Shown in pieces: positions 48,804 through 61,108 of a stretch of DNA of 64,000 nt. The first letter of the stretch is position 1. Each line of letters begins with the position of its first letter. The notes below the pieces were generated by a model. It ran no database searches and was not told the DNA's origin. It saw only the letters and a list, made by a program, of their open reading frames with translations. Origin of the DNA: Lama glama (lineage: Eukaryota); NCBI GenBank assembly GCA_028534125.1, contig CM052817.1, positions 76,448,001 to 76,512,000 of the forward strand. The letters run 5' to 3'. Made by a program: the position numbers and the translations under genes.

Positions 48804-49410
48804 AGGTCTTTGATGGTTCCATATAAATTTTATTATGATTTGTTCTAGTTCTGTGAAATATGTCCTGGGTAATTGGATAGGGATTGCATTAAATCTGTAG
48901 ATTGCCTTGGGCAGTGTGACCATTTTAACAATATTGATTCTTCCAATCCAAGAGCATGGAATATCTTTCCATTTTTTAAAGTCTTCTTTATGTGATTCCC
49001 AGATATTTTATACTTTGGGTGCTATTTTAAAGGGGATTGTTTCTTTACTTTCTTTTTCTGTTGATTTATCATTAGTGTAAAGAAATGCAACTGATTTTTG
49101 AACATTAATTTTATAACCTGCTACCTTGCTGAATTCTTCAATCAGCTCTAGTAGCTTTTGTGTGGACCTTTTAGGGTTTTCTATATATAGTAACATGTCA
49201 TCAGCATATAATGACACTTTTACCTCTTCTTTTCCAATTTGGATCCCTTTTATTTCTTTCTCTTGCCTGGCTGCTGTGGCTAGGACTTCCAGGACTATGT
49301 TGAATAGGAGTGGTGATAGTGGGCATCCTTGTCTTGTCCCAGATTTTAGTGGGAAGCTTTTGAGTTTTTCACCGTTGAGTACTATGCTGGCTGTAGGTTT
49401 GTCATATATA
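48804..49410 (-). mobile_element. Young L1 ORF2 reverse-transcriptase region running into the gap
   Basis: ORF 49008-49217 [15 protein letters not shown]...[14 protein letters not shown] carries the RT catalytic YADD. Downstream [16 protein letters not shown]. Confidence 0.96.
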
Positions 49411-50447
49411 GAGGATCTCTGTTTCTTTGGGGTCGGTTACCATAGTTTTACTAGTGTCCTTTAGTGAAATTATGTTTGCCTTATTTTTTATGATCTATGT
49501 AGCCTTGCATTGATGTCTGTGCACTTGAAGAAGCAAACACTTCCTCCAATCTTTACAGACTGGTTTTGGAAGGTAGAGACAGTCCCTGTCAGTTTCCTGG
49601 GTTGAAGGGACTGCTTCTTGGGTCACAGCTGAGCGAGGTTGGAGCTGATCACATACCTGCTGCTGGGTCTGTGGAATGGCCTGCAGTTGACTGGCCTTTT
49701 GCCAGGGTTTGGGCAGGCTGGGATCATGTCTTATTCCTTGGCAGGTGGAGCTGATTCCAGGACCCTGTTCATTAGGGCTGATCTAGGACAAGTGTATGCA
49801 AGGTCTGTAGAAAGTGGAACTGTTATTAGGTTTGTGGACAGTGTGGCTCCTGCAGGGTCCCTGGAAAAGCTCCCTCTGGGTTACTGTGTGGGAACCTGGC
49901 CAGGCAGGACTGCTTCCAGACCATGCTAGGAATGGCTGGAACAAGGTTATAGAGCCACTTCAAGATATGCAGTCTGACTGAGATCAACAGGTCTGCTTCC
50001 AGTGGCATGGATAGGCATGTCTCCCAGTGGGCCTTGGGTGAATAGGCTTGCCAGACCACAGCTGAGAGTTGCTGGAGCTGGGGCACAGGATGCTTCAGAG
50101 TCCACAGGTGAGGCTGAAGTTAGTGAGCTTGACACCCAAGGAAAAAGCAGGCATTATTCCTCAAATCATTTAGTGATGGTGCTGGTGATGGGTAAACTGG
50201 GCTGTACTTGAGTCTACAGAGGGACAGAAGTATTTATGGATCTGTAGCCAGGACCATGACCATTGAGCCTGCCACATGGATATGAGCCTGCCTTTTCTGA
50301 AGGTCAGTCCTTAGTCTTGAGTTTCACCTGAGTTTTGCAACCTCCTGCCGGAACCCTGAAGCTCTCACAAAGGCTGCCAAAGTATTGTTACTGTGCAGGG
50401 GTACAAGCAGGGGCCCTCCTACACTGCCATCTTGCTTGTGTCACTCC
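49411..50447 (-). mobile_element. 5'UTR/ORF1-start remnant of an older L1
   Basis: tgtagccttgcattgatgtctgtgcacttgaagaagca...ttcctccaatctttacagactgg resembles 36090-36145. It terminates in cctacactgccatcttgcttgtgtcactc. Confidence 0.7.
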
Positions 50448-51854
50448 CAAACTCCCTATTTTTTTTTAATATGAGGGACTCCCGTGGTTCAATCAAGACT
50501 TCATTAAATTTTAGTCTTATTTAATTTACATGGCTACTAAGTCAGATTGAAAAAGTGCTTTCTAAAGAAAAATCTTTACTTGATTTTCCTTTTCACTTGG
50601 AAAAATCCAGTGCCTTGTTGAGGATTTGGGGGATTTAAGTGGTACATTTACACAAGAAGCATGTATTTAACGTGTATTCATATCAACTTCTCACCACTGG
50701 AAGATAGATGAATTCTAAAGCAATTTCAGCTCCAGTTTTTTCACATTATTCTCCATAAAAATATAATCCATAGGAAGCTGTGTATGTGATGCCCAGTGAA
50801 GATACTGGGTGGAAAGACTATAATGGCGTCATTGATTTCAATTACAGTTCTCTTAAGCTTTTAATTTTAAAACAATGTGCATGATTTGAGGGAAAAATTT
50901 AGGAATTATCAAACCTGAAATTATATTTTAACCAGAGGCAGCATTATATTTTTAAAAGAACTTAGGTTTTAGAATGCTAAGCTAAATTATTAAAATGCAT
51001 GCATTATGTATTACTGACTTTTGTTTAAAGTAGTTGCACAAATATTTTTTACTCCATAAATTAGAGATAATTATCTTGCAGGACTGTTTTTGAAACAGAT
51101 TATATAACACATGCTATTGTCTCAAGCCTTATCATAAATAAGTAAATCCCAATTTTATTAATTTTGATGACAGAGTAATTTCTATTAAAGTTTGCAATTT
51201 TAGTGATATTTACCTTTTAGTGCCTATATTTGCTGGCAACGTGTGGTTCAGTCCAAAACCAACAAATATAAAGCACATGTAAGTTACAATGCAACTATGT
51301 GACTATAGAGCAAAAAAGCAAGGACATTTTCCACCATGTTTTTGAATATTGTCCAAAAGATAGTATACACAAATGACATTTGTTATAATGTATGCATCCA
51401 TATTCTGTGTATACTGACTTTTAGATAAAAAGTCTAGATATTGATATATTCATTTTAAGTTTCTATTATTAAACTGTTATTTCAAAGGTAACGATAATAC
51501 TTCAGTGTTGTTTTTAGATAATCTATAAAAAGAAAGAATGTGTGGTATGTTTATTGACTCTCCTATATCCCTGTAGATGTGTGTGATATAAATAACCATT
51601 AAATGAGTTTAATTAGCCTCTCAGTTATTTTATACTTAATTTATATTAAATTGCATCTTTTTACTTATTAGGACACTAACTCTCTACTATGAAAAATTGT
51701 AGGTCACAACTGAAGCTACATTAATTAACAATGAAAGCATTTATTTCCTCTCAGGCTATAGGAAGCCACAGTCATTATACTGTACGCGCTGGTATTATCA
51801 GGATCAAGTCCTGGGTTGTCTTTTCTTTTTCAGGACTCTTAGAGACAATATTTT

Positions 51855-52120
51855 ACCACAGTCCCAGGATTATAAATAACATTATAAATTGATAACACTT
51901 AAATTCACATCCCTAATCCTGAATTGCTACCTGAGCTCCAGATTCATATATAGACGACTTGACTTCTATACTTCAGTGAATAGAAATTTCAAACCAAACT
52001 TGGTCAAAACAGAACACTTGATCCCATCTTTTACTTAAAATCTCCAATTTTTTTTCTCATTTCAACAAACATCTCAGCTACCTATCCAGTTGCTTAAATC
52101 AAAACACAGAAGATCCTCAA
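51855..52120 (+). mobile_element. LINE-2 remnant
   Basis: cctgagctccagattcatatat...tcaaaacagaacacttgat...cctatccagttgcttaaatcaaaa. Confidence 0.6.
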
Positions 52121-52374
52121 GGAATGTATCAAGTATGGTCAAAAAGGATATTCAGAGAAGGTAAAGTTATAGGAGATTTTGTTGAAGATCCATGATTTAA
52201 AGGACAAAGTGAAAGTTTTCCAGGTGCTATATGAGGATATATGACTATGAGGATAGAATAGAGCAGGTACAGACAGAGAAACAGAAAGAACAGATTATGC
52301 AAGATAAAAGGACTCTAGGAGTTCTCATGCCTTCGGCGAATGACATTAACGGACACAATACTAGATAATTTAGA

Positions 52375-52817
52375 AAAATGTCTGCAGTTATTTTCTTCCC
52401 TGTAGCCATTTCTGTTTCAATATGCCCTTGGGGGTTCTACCCACCAATAATCAGTCTATTTATGCACTATTGACATCTCAGATGGTCTTGTAACTTGCTT
52501 GGTTAATAACATTTTAAGAAAATGACATTATACATGGTTAAACCTAGGTCCCTGCGTGTGATCTAACAGGATGCAGCCACAATTGTCCCAGCTGAGACCC
52601 AGAAAATTGAGAAAACCCAGCTAAGATCAACAAAGCTAACCTTTTCCTGAGCTTCAGATGACAACAGACATTTGAGAGGCTCCCACTGAGACAAAAATGA
52701 TCTTCCAGCTAAGTATGGACGAAGTGGAGACCCCCATAATCGTGAGTTAAATAAATGGCTTCGTTGTAAGCCATTAAATCTTGTAATAATTGGTTTTACA
52801 GAAGTAAATAACCAATA
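52375..52817 (+). mobile_element. MLT1 (H-like) LTR remnant
   Basis: gtcttgtaacttgcttggttaata...aatcgtgagttaaataaatggcttcgttgtaagccattaaat...ttttacagaagtaaataaccaata. Confidence 0.6.
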
Positions 52818-53349
52818 AATGAACCATCCATGTAGTCCTGGGCAATAGAAAGCAGAAAATGGTGATAAAGCTGTGAACGTTAGATGATAAGGAGGGTAGT
52901 GTCTAGGTCCTCCTTGTTGTGTAGACCTGTGGATGTGGACCCCTGAAGATAAAAATAAGTCTATAGTATGAGTCTTACTTTGATACCTAGAGCTTCATCT
53001 TGATCCCTGTTGGTGTAGGAAAATTTAAGAAGCCTTAATTTTTTGCAGATCTTAATATATTCAATGAAAAAGATTAGGTCATCCCTATTTCTTTGGTATT
53101 AAACCTTCTTTATGAAATTGTGTTGAAAATACAATGTATTTTGCTCCTTTTAAAATCAGTTTTAATATAGCAAAATAAAACACTGACTAGCTTAATACTA
53201 TCAAATTCTGTATCTCTTCTTGGACCAAAGGAAGAATATAGTACACTGTGTCACTGAAAACAGACTTGGGGTTTGTGCATAGTTTTGTTCAATGGATGAA
53301 TCTTTCTTGGATTTTTTTCTTTGATCATTAGTTCATTCTTTCTTTCCTA

Positions 53350-53558
53350 CCTGTGTGGCTAAAGTAAAGGACCCTGGCACTAAGAAGCTGCATGAGAGAA
53401 GGAAGCCAAGTTCCAGAGTCTCACCTGGAAGGAATTCAGTAAAGTCATGTGAGCTTCATTGGAAACTGGTATGAGAAACATTTTATTGTATTAAGCAATT
53501 GAAATAGTTGAGTTGTTTAATAAATACAGCACCTAGTACATATTACCCTGTTTAATAC
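53350..53558 (+). mobile_element. Old MLT1 (J/K-like) LTR 3' fragment
   Basis: atgagaaacattttattgtattaagcaattgaaat...gttgtt...acagcacctag...ttaccctgtttaatac. Confidence 0.45.
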
Positions 53559-56500
53559 GGTCAAAAATATTTTACATGACTCAAGAATTCTAACTAGCAC
53601 TGTTCTTGTGTATTAAAAATTATCTTATACCTTCTTAAAAAGTCCAGATTTTATAATATTAATTATATGGTACAGAGAAATGACTATTTATTTGCACTTT
53701 ATTTTTATTTCATTCTACTTGCCTCTTTCTGTATTATATCTTACAATTTACAGGAAATGCCGTCTGCACTGTGACAGATGGCAGCCTCATGTTTTGCTTC
53801 ACTGATTCCTATTCTCATCGTGCAGGGCTGCCCTTAATACATGAAGTAAATGTGCAGCAGTTATGTTTGCAAACTGAGTCTTCGTCTAACCATGAAACAG
53901 TATGGCTTTATAATTGGCATGACTTCTTCCTGTCTTGGAAATGACTATGTTAAGTTGGAATCTGTTGGGCAGAGATTTTATACAGTTTTTGATTGAAACT
54001 TACAAAACTGTCAGCCATGCTGAAGTAAATACAAAGCAGGATAGAAAATGCAAAGGTTTAAGAACTTTTGTAAGTAGCTTATGTCTTCATGAAAAATTTT
54101 CCAGAGCTATTAACTACAGAAATAGTACACTGGTGTTTGCTAAATAAAAGACTGACTCTAAAAGTGAAAACCAAAGAAGGAAGAGGAAAAAGGAATTGGT
54201 GAAACCAAACCAGGATGCTCAGAAACTGCTCTTTGTCTACGATGACCTCTACTGTGACACTCGGGGTTTGCATTCTCTAAGAAAAAGTATGAAAAACCAT
54301 TAGTCAAAAGTAGAAGGAATTGATTTTAATGTCTCTTAAAAAGTAAAGACAAAAATCCCATTTTCACAGGAGTTTGAAAAATATTTAGGCATTAAATGAT
54401 TATATTGGTGGTAGTTATAATGGATGCATCTACCTACCTATACATTTTAAAATCTACCTATGCCAGTTTGCACAGTACAGAAACAGACAAAATATGCCCA
54501 GTTTTACTTTTTTTTTTTTTTACTAAATTTGTTAGTCTTTTTTATACTTATAGGTTTCTTTTTCCCTCTATAGATTGATATTAATCATTGGCATGTCTCC
54601 ATGTCCTCTGGGCCAATGAGTGTGTAAACATGGAAACTAATGCCCTTTGGCCTTACCATTTTCAGAGCCAGTACTCTTGAGCTTTCAATAATCTAAGGGA
54701 TTTGCTTCTGGCAACATGATACTCTTTCTCCAGAATACAACTTTCCTGCAAAGGACATGGTCTTTAAAACTTTGCCCTTTTCCATCAAGTTCTTACTTTC
54801 CTCAGACTAAGCTCTCAGCTACTTGACAGAGGAATTCATGTGATATTTGTTAAGAAAGTTTATGATAGATATGGCTGTATACAATGTGTTTGTTAGTGTT
54901 CTTAGATGAACAGGCTAGGGCTTGGTGAAAATACAGAGGAGGGCTGCTAACTATGGTGGCTTCAGACACTGTGGCAAAGCAATAAAGGTGAGATTTTAGA
55001 TAAAATGCCTCCACAAATACATTACATACAACATTAAACACACACATTTGCAAAATAAAAAAAAACAGTGCCTTAGAGAAATTATAATTTTCTCATTCAT
55101 TTCTAAGGTAAGAAGCATTATCTATATTCACATTTTCATAGACTGTTTTGCTAACTATAGCTAGATGATTTTCTGACATCAAGAGTAGTATTAAGAAAGA
55201 GGGCCAGACTGTATGAAAATACATCTATGCTCTTGCCATATGCTGGGTATTTTGATTTATTAACAATATTATATACAGCAAACTTTGCTGCTTTTACTTA
55301 TTATTTCCATCTGTCAAACTGGTACTCTCTGGGGTCAGCTGGAGAAAATTACTTCAAAGAGAATATTGCTTATAAACCTCTATTTATATGTTATATACTT
55401 TGAATAAATGAAACACAATTATATTGTGATTAAGGAACTCCCTTTCAAAGCTGTTAAAGCATAATTCCTTATAAAAAATGTCTTGATTAAACATTAATTT
55501 ATTGAAATTTAGTATAAAGTTATCTTAGTCAAATAACATAGTTATCTTTATGTTAGTCAAAAATATGAACAAATCTTCATTGTGTCTATCAGAATAGCAT
55601 GTTAAAACTTCTTCTGATTTATAATGATGCTTTCCTAGTTTAGAGAACAAAGTTAAAGTCTCTCTCATTAACCTTGAAGAGAGATTTCTAAACATGTTAA
55701 TAAAAAACAACTCTTAGCTGTGCGATGTCATATGAATAATAATAGGTCAGCTGGGGTACCTTATTGGATCAATTTAAGGAGAGTTGGTAACATTTCATCC
55801 CAATTGTTAGTTTGCTAAGTTTGTCACAATTGTCCTATCACCTACTCACTTGCTCTTTGTCACAGGTTTCAGACACGAATTTATAATTGCTTAAGTGAAA
55901 TTAGCACTTGGCCTTTGATATCCAAATTAAATTTGATTTAAAGTGGAAGTTACTTATTAATGGATGTATGTATATATTTGTATTTTTAAAAAGATTTTGG
56001 TTTATACTACTGTCTTGAATCTTTTCCATTTAAGATAACCAAGGTATGATTTTTAAAGCTTAAATAATATATGAAATGTGTTATATACACCTCTATAGGA
56101 CTCAAAAGTCAAAGTACATTTACTGTATCAAGATTATACAAAGGCTAGTAGATAATATATAGTATTTTCAGTAAGAACGATAATTTGGCACTGCTAACTT
56201 TGTAATCTGCCTCTTACAAATCTAGTTTCCACTCTTAAACTTTTTCCCAAAGAGGAATCTCTTTTTTTTCTATTCTTAAATGACGTATTTTTATAATAAT
56301 TTTTTCTTACATTGTTTCATCTCACATTTAAAGCTGTAACTTCTAAGTAGGAATGCTATTTTCAGGAGTTGTTGGATACTTTTAGGGTGACCCAAGGGGC
56401 TACATTTAGCCTGTAAATTTCCCACCTGACTTCAATTACTTAGATTCAAGTTAGTCTAATCAGTCTCTCATCCAGCAGTTTAGAATTAGGACTGAATAAA

Positions 56501-56619
56501 TCTATTCCCTGAGATTGAACAGTGTAAAAGATTCAATGGCTATATGTAAACAAAGCTGACAAGAGACAGTTTATAAAGGTAGGGGAGCAGAAAGTTCAGA
56601 AAGAAAAAGTAATACAGTT

Positions 56620-58088
56620 TCCTGTTTCTAGTCCAGCATGAAAGAAGTTTAGAAGTTGCCACTCCCTCCTAACAACAACTAAAAAGCTAAGCAAACTGAA
56701 AAATCAACAATTCTTCTTAGATCCATCAGGTAAGTGAGGGAGGTCACAGGACAAATCACTCCTTCACCCAAATGGGAGAGACCAATAAATAAATACAGAG
56801 AATCACAACTACCCAGAGTAGCAATCTCTGCAGGAAACACCATTAGGGCAGGGAAACCTAATTTCTGGAGGCTCAGTGGACAATTCTGGGAACTGAAAAC
56901 TTCAGTCATTGGGTGGGGGAGAGGGGGCTCCCATGCTTTTGAGTTTACCTCATAAATGTCTACAAAGTACAAGGTTCTCATAGTCAATCTCAAAAAATTC
57001 ATCTGTACTTCTGGCACAAGGGGAGGAACCATTTGGAAATACCCAAGAGCATTCCTCTTAGGAGAAATTATTTAAGCAGAGCATAATCTCTTGGAGTTTT
57101 ATCAGAGCCTAACTGACTTGGGGGAAGGGAAATACTCAATTCCAAGTGGTGCTAACATTCTGAGAAAAGGAAGGGAATTGCCCAACTCCGGCCCATTTGA
57201 GCCATTCTGTTCCACCTAGGGGTGGGCGACTGAGATGCGTATGTGCAGTGAAGAGCCCAAAAGCACAGGCTCACTGAAAGACAAAAAATGAAAGAATGTA
57301 TTGCCAGTAGACCCATCTTGTAAGAAATGTTAACAGAAGTTCTTTAGAGAGGGAAAATTACATAGATCAGAAACTCAGATCTACATATAAAAGTAAGAAC
57401 TTATTTTTCCTATTCTTAATTGAGCTAACAAATAAGTTTAAAATAATAGTAGCAACACTGTATTTGACTATGTATATATGTGTGTGTGTATGTATATGCT
57501 TAAAATAAAATGAATGACAACAATGAAGAATAGGAGGGAGCAATTAGAATTGTTTTTGTTATTATGCATTTGTGTAAAGTGGTATACTGTTATCTGAAAG
57601 TGGAATTGGGATAATTTTAAATGTATAGTGCAAACTCTGGGACAACCACTGAAACAAATACATAGAGAAGTTTAATATGCTAAGTAAGCAGACTCATAAA
57701 ATGCTCAGATTAAAAATGCAAAAGCCAAAAAAAGAATGGAAGACAAAAATAGAAACAACTAGGGCAAAAAATAAAATCCAGTAACAAATATGACAAATTT
57801 TAATTAAAATATATCAATTACTTTGGAAATGATCTAAATGTACCAATTTAATGTTATCAGAGTGGATCAAAAAACATGACCCAACTGTATGTTATCTATA
57901 AGAAACTCACTATAAATATGGTTAAATAGATAGATTAAATACATAGATTAGTGTTAACATGGTGTATCTTTCTCCACTTAATCAAAAGAAAGCAGGAATA
58001 CCTATATTAATTTCCAGACAGAAAAGACTTCAGAGTAAGGAATACTATCAAGGATAGAGAAGGGCATTACATAACAGTAAAGGGGTCA
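56620..58088 (+). mobile_element. Old L1 (L1MC/MD-like) 5' part: 5'UTR, mostly deleted ORF1, ORF2 start
   Basis: ctgaaaaatcaacaattcttcttagatccatcag (5' end motif), gccagtagacccatcttgtaagaaatg (ORF1 end), gacccaactgtatgttatctataagaaactcac (endonuclease). Confidence 0.75.
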
Positions 58089-61000
58089 ACCAGCCTTCTC
58101 ATCAGCAGACCAGACACTGCCGTGGGACCAGCTGTGCCCACCCACTACACCCACTAGCAGAAAAGATCAATGAAACTGCTGGTTCTTTGAAAAGATAAAG
58201 AAAATTGATAAACCTTTAGCCAGACTCACCAAAAAAAAAAAAAAAAGCCCAAATCAATACAATCAGTAATGTAAAAAGATGTTATAACTGACACTACAGA
58301 AGACAAAGAATCATGACTACTATGAAAAATATGCCAATAAAATGGACAACCTTGAAGAATTGTACAAATTCCTATAAATATACACTCCAATACTAAATGA
58401 GGAAGAAAGAGAAAATATGAACAGATCAATTAACAGTAATGAATTTGAATCAGTAATTTTTAAAAATCCCAACAAACCAAAGTCCAGTAACAGATGGTTT
58501 GAGTTCTGTCAAATATTTAGAAAAGAGGTAACACCTATCCTCAAACTATTCCCAAAAATTGCAGAGGAAAGAATGCTTCCAGTGTAATTTTCTAAGGCCA
58601 CCATCACTGGTTACCAAAGCCAAAGATATCACAGAAAAAGAAAGTTAGAGGCCAATATTACTGATGAATATAGATTCAAAAATTCTCAACAAAATATTAG
58701 CAAAATGAACCCCACAATATATCAAAATCCAACAATATATCATACACCATGATCAATAGGGATTTATCTCAGGGATGCAAGGATTTTTCAATATTAGCAA
58801 ATCAATGTGATATACACATTAACAAATTGAAGAATAAAAACCATATGATCATATCAATGGATGCTTTCAAGAAAATCCAACATTTATGATAAAAAAAACT
58901 CTCCAGAAAGTGGGTATATAGGAAACACACCCAAACATAATAAAAGTTACATATGAAAAACCTATAGCTAACATCATACTCAGAGAAAAAGCTTTTAGCT
59001 TTTCACCAGTAAGTTCAGGAACCAAACAAGGATAACCTACCTTGCTACTTTTATTCAATATGGGAAGTCCTAGACTCAACAATTATACAAGAAAAAGAAA
59101 TCTAAAACAGAAAGGAAGAAATAAAACTATCACTGTTTGCAGATGACATGAATAGTATATACATAGAAAATCCTAAGGAGCAAATAGAAAACTACTAGAG
59201 CTCATCAATCAATTCAGTAAAGTTGCAGGATACAAAATTAATATACAGAAATCTGTTGCATTTCTATACACTCAAAATGAATTATCAGAAGTACAAGGAA
59301 GACAGTCCCATTTACAATCACATCAAAAAGAATAAAATACCTAGGAATAAAGCTATCTAAGGAGGTAAAAGACCTGTTCTCAGAAATTAAAGATGACACA
59401 AACGCATAGACATACTGTGTTCATGAATTGGAGGAATTAATATTGTTAAAAAGATGGTACTGTCAAAGGCAATCTATAGATTCAGTGCAATCCCTATCAA
59501 AATACCAAGCAAGGCATTTTTCACAGGACTAGAACAAATAATTTTAAAATTTGTATGGAAACACAAAAGACCCCAAATAACCAAAAGAATCTTGAGAAAG
59601 AAAAACAGAACTGGAGGAAGTACTCCCTGACTTCACAATATATTATAAAACTACAGTTATCAACACAGTGTGGTAGTCACATGAAAACAGACACACAGAT
59701 CATTGGAACAAGATGAACAGCCCAGAATTAAATGCACACACTTATGGTCAATTAATCTACAATAAAGGAAGCAAGAATATACAATGGAGAAAAGATAGTG
59801 TCTTCAAAAATGGTGCTGGGAAAACTAGATAACTGCATGTAAAAGATGAAATTGGAACATTCTCTAACACCATGTAGAAAAATAAACCCAAAATGGATTA
59901 CAAACCTAAATATAAGACTGGAAACCATAAAGCCTCTAGAACACAGATGGAGCACTCTTTGACATAAATTGTAGCAATATTTTTGGATCTGCCTTCTAAA
60001 GCAAAGGTAATAGAGACGAAAATAAACAAATAGGACCTAATTAAACTTAAAAACTTTTGCAAGGCAAAGAAAACCACTGGTAAAACTAAAACACAGCCTA
60101 CTGAATGGGAGATATGACAGATAAAGGGTTAATATCCAAAATATATAAACAGTCCATAGAATTCAACATCAAAAACAAACAACTCAATTAAAAAATGGGC
60201 AGAAGACCTGACTAGACATTTCTCAAGAAGACATACAGATGGACAACAGGCACATAGAGATGCTCAACTCTGTTAATCATCAGAGAAATGCAAATTAAAA
60301 CCACAATGAGATACAACCTCGTCAGAATTAATATCTTCAAAAAGACCAAAAATTTAAAATGCGGCAAGGATGTAGTTGAAGGCGAATGCTTATACATTGT
60401 TGGTGGGAATATAAATTGGTGCAGCCATTTTGGAAAATAGTATGGAGATTTCTGAAAAACCTAAAAATAGAACTGCATTAAAACCCTGCAATTCCACTCC
60501 TGGACATATATCCAAAAGGAAAAAAAGAAAAACACTAATTTGAGAAGATACCTACACTCTAATATTTATGGCAGCATTGTTTACAATAGCCAAGATATGG
60601 ATGCAACCTAAATGTCAATGAATAGATGAATGGATAAAGAAGATATGGTTTACATATACAATGAAATATTACTCAGTCATAAAAATAAATGAAAGTTTGC
60701 ATTTGCAATAACATGGATGGAGTTGGAATGTATTATACTAAGTGAAATAAGTCAGACATTGTATGATGTTAATTATAGGTAGTATCTAAAAAATAAATTA
60801 GTGAATATAACAAAAAAGAAATAGAATCACAGATAAAGAGAATAAACTAGTGGTTACCAGTGGAGAGAGGGAAGGGTGGAGAGGCAACATAGGCGTAGGG
60901 GATTGAGAGCTACAAACTACTATGTATAAAATAAATAAACTACAATGTTATATAGTACAATACAGGAAATTTAGTCACTATTTTATAATAAGTATAAATG

Positions 61001-61108
61001 AAATATAACCTTTAAAAATTGTGAATCACTGTTGTACATCTGAAACTTTTATAATATTGTACACCAAATATAGCTCAATAAAAAAAGATAAAGTGATTTT
61101 TAAAAAAA
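58089..61108 (+). mobile_element. Younger ~3-kb L1 nested in the older L1, with TSD
   Basis: Sense ORF2 including tttgcagatgacatg (FADDM, ~59136), 3'UTR and A-rich tail. TSD agtaaaggggtca (58076-58088) / agtaaaggcgtca (61109-61121). Confidence 0.93.

Noticed and set aside
48128..48923. Four long ORFs (188-232 aa)
   Set aside because: Their length comes from translating the 500-N gap.
47275..49410. Active L1 or domesticated reverse transcriptase gene
   Set aside because: Both pieces are 5'-truncated and carry stops, frameshifts or an internal deletion (~48990).
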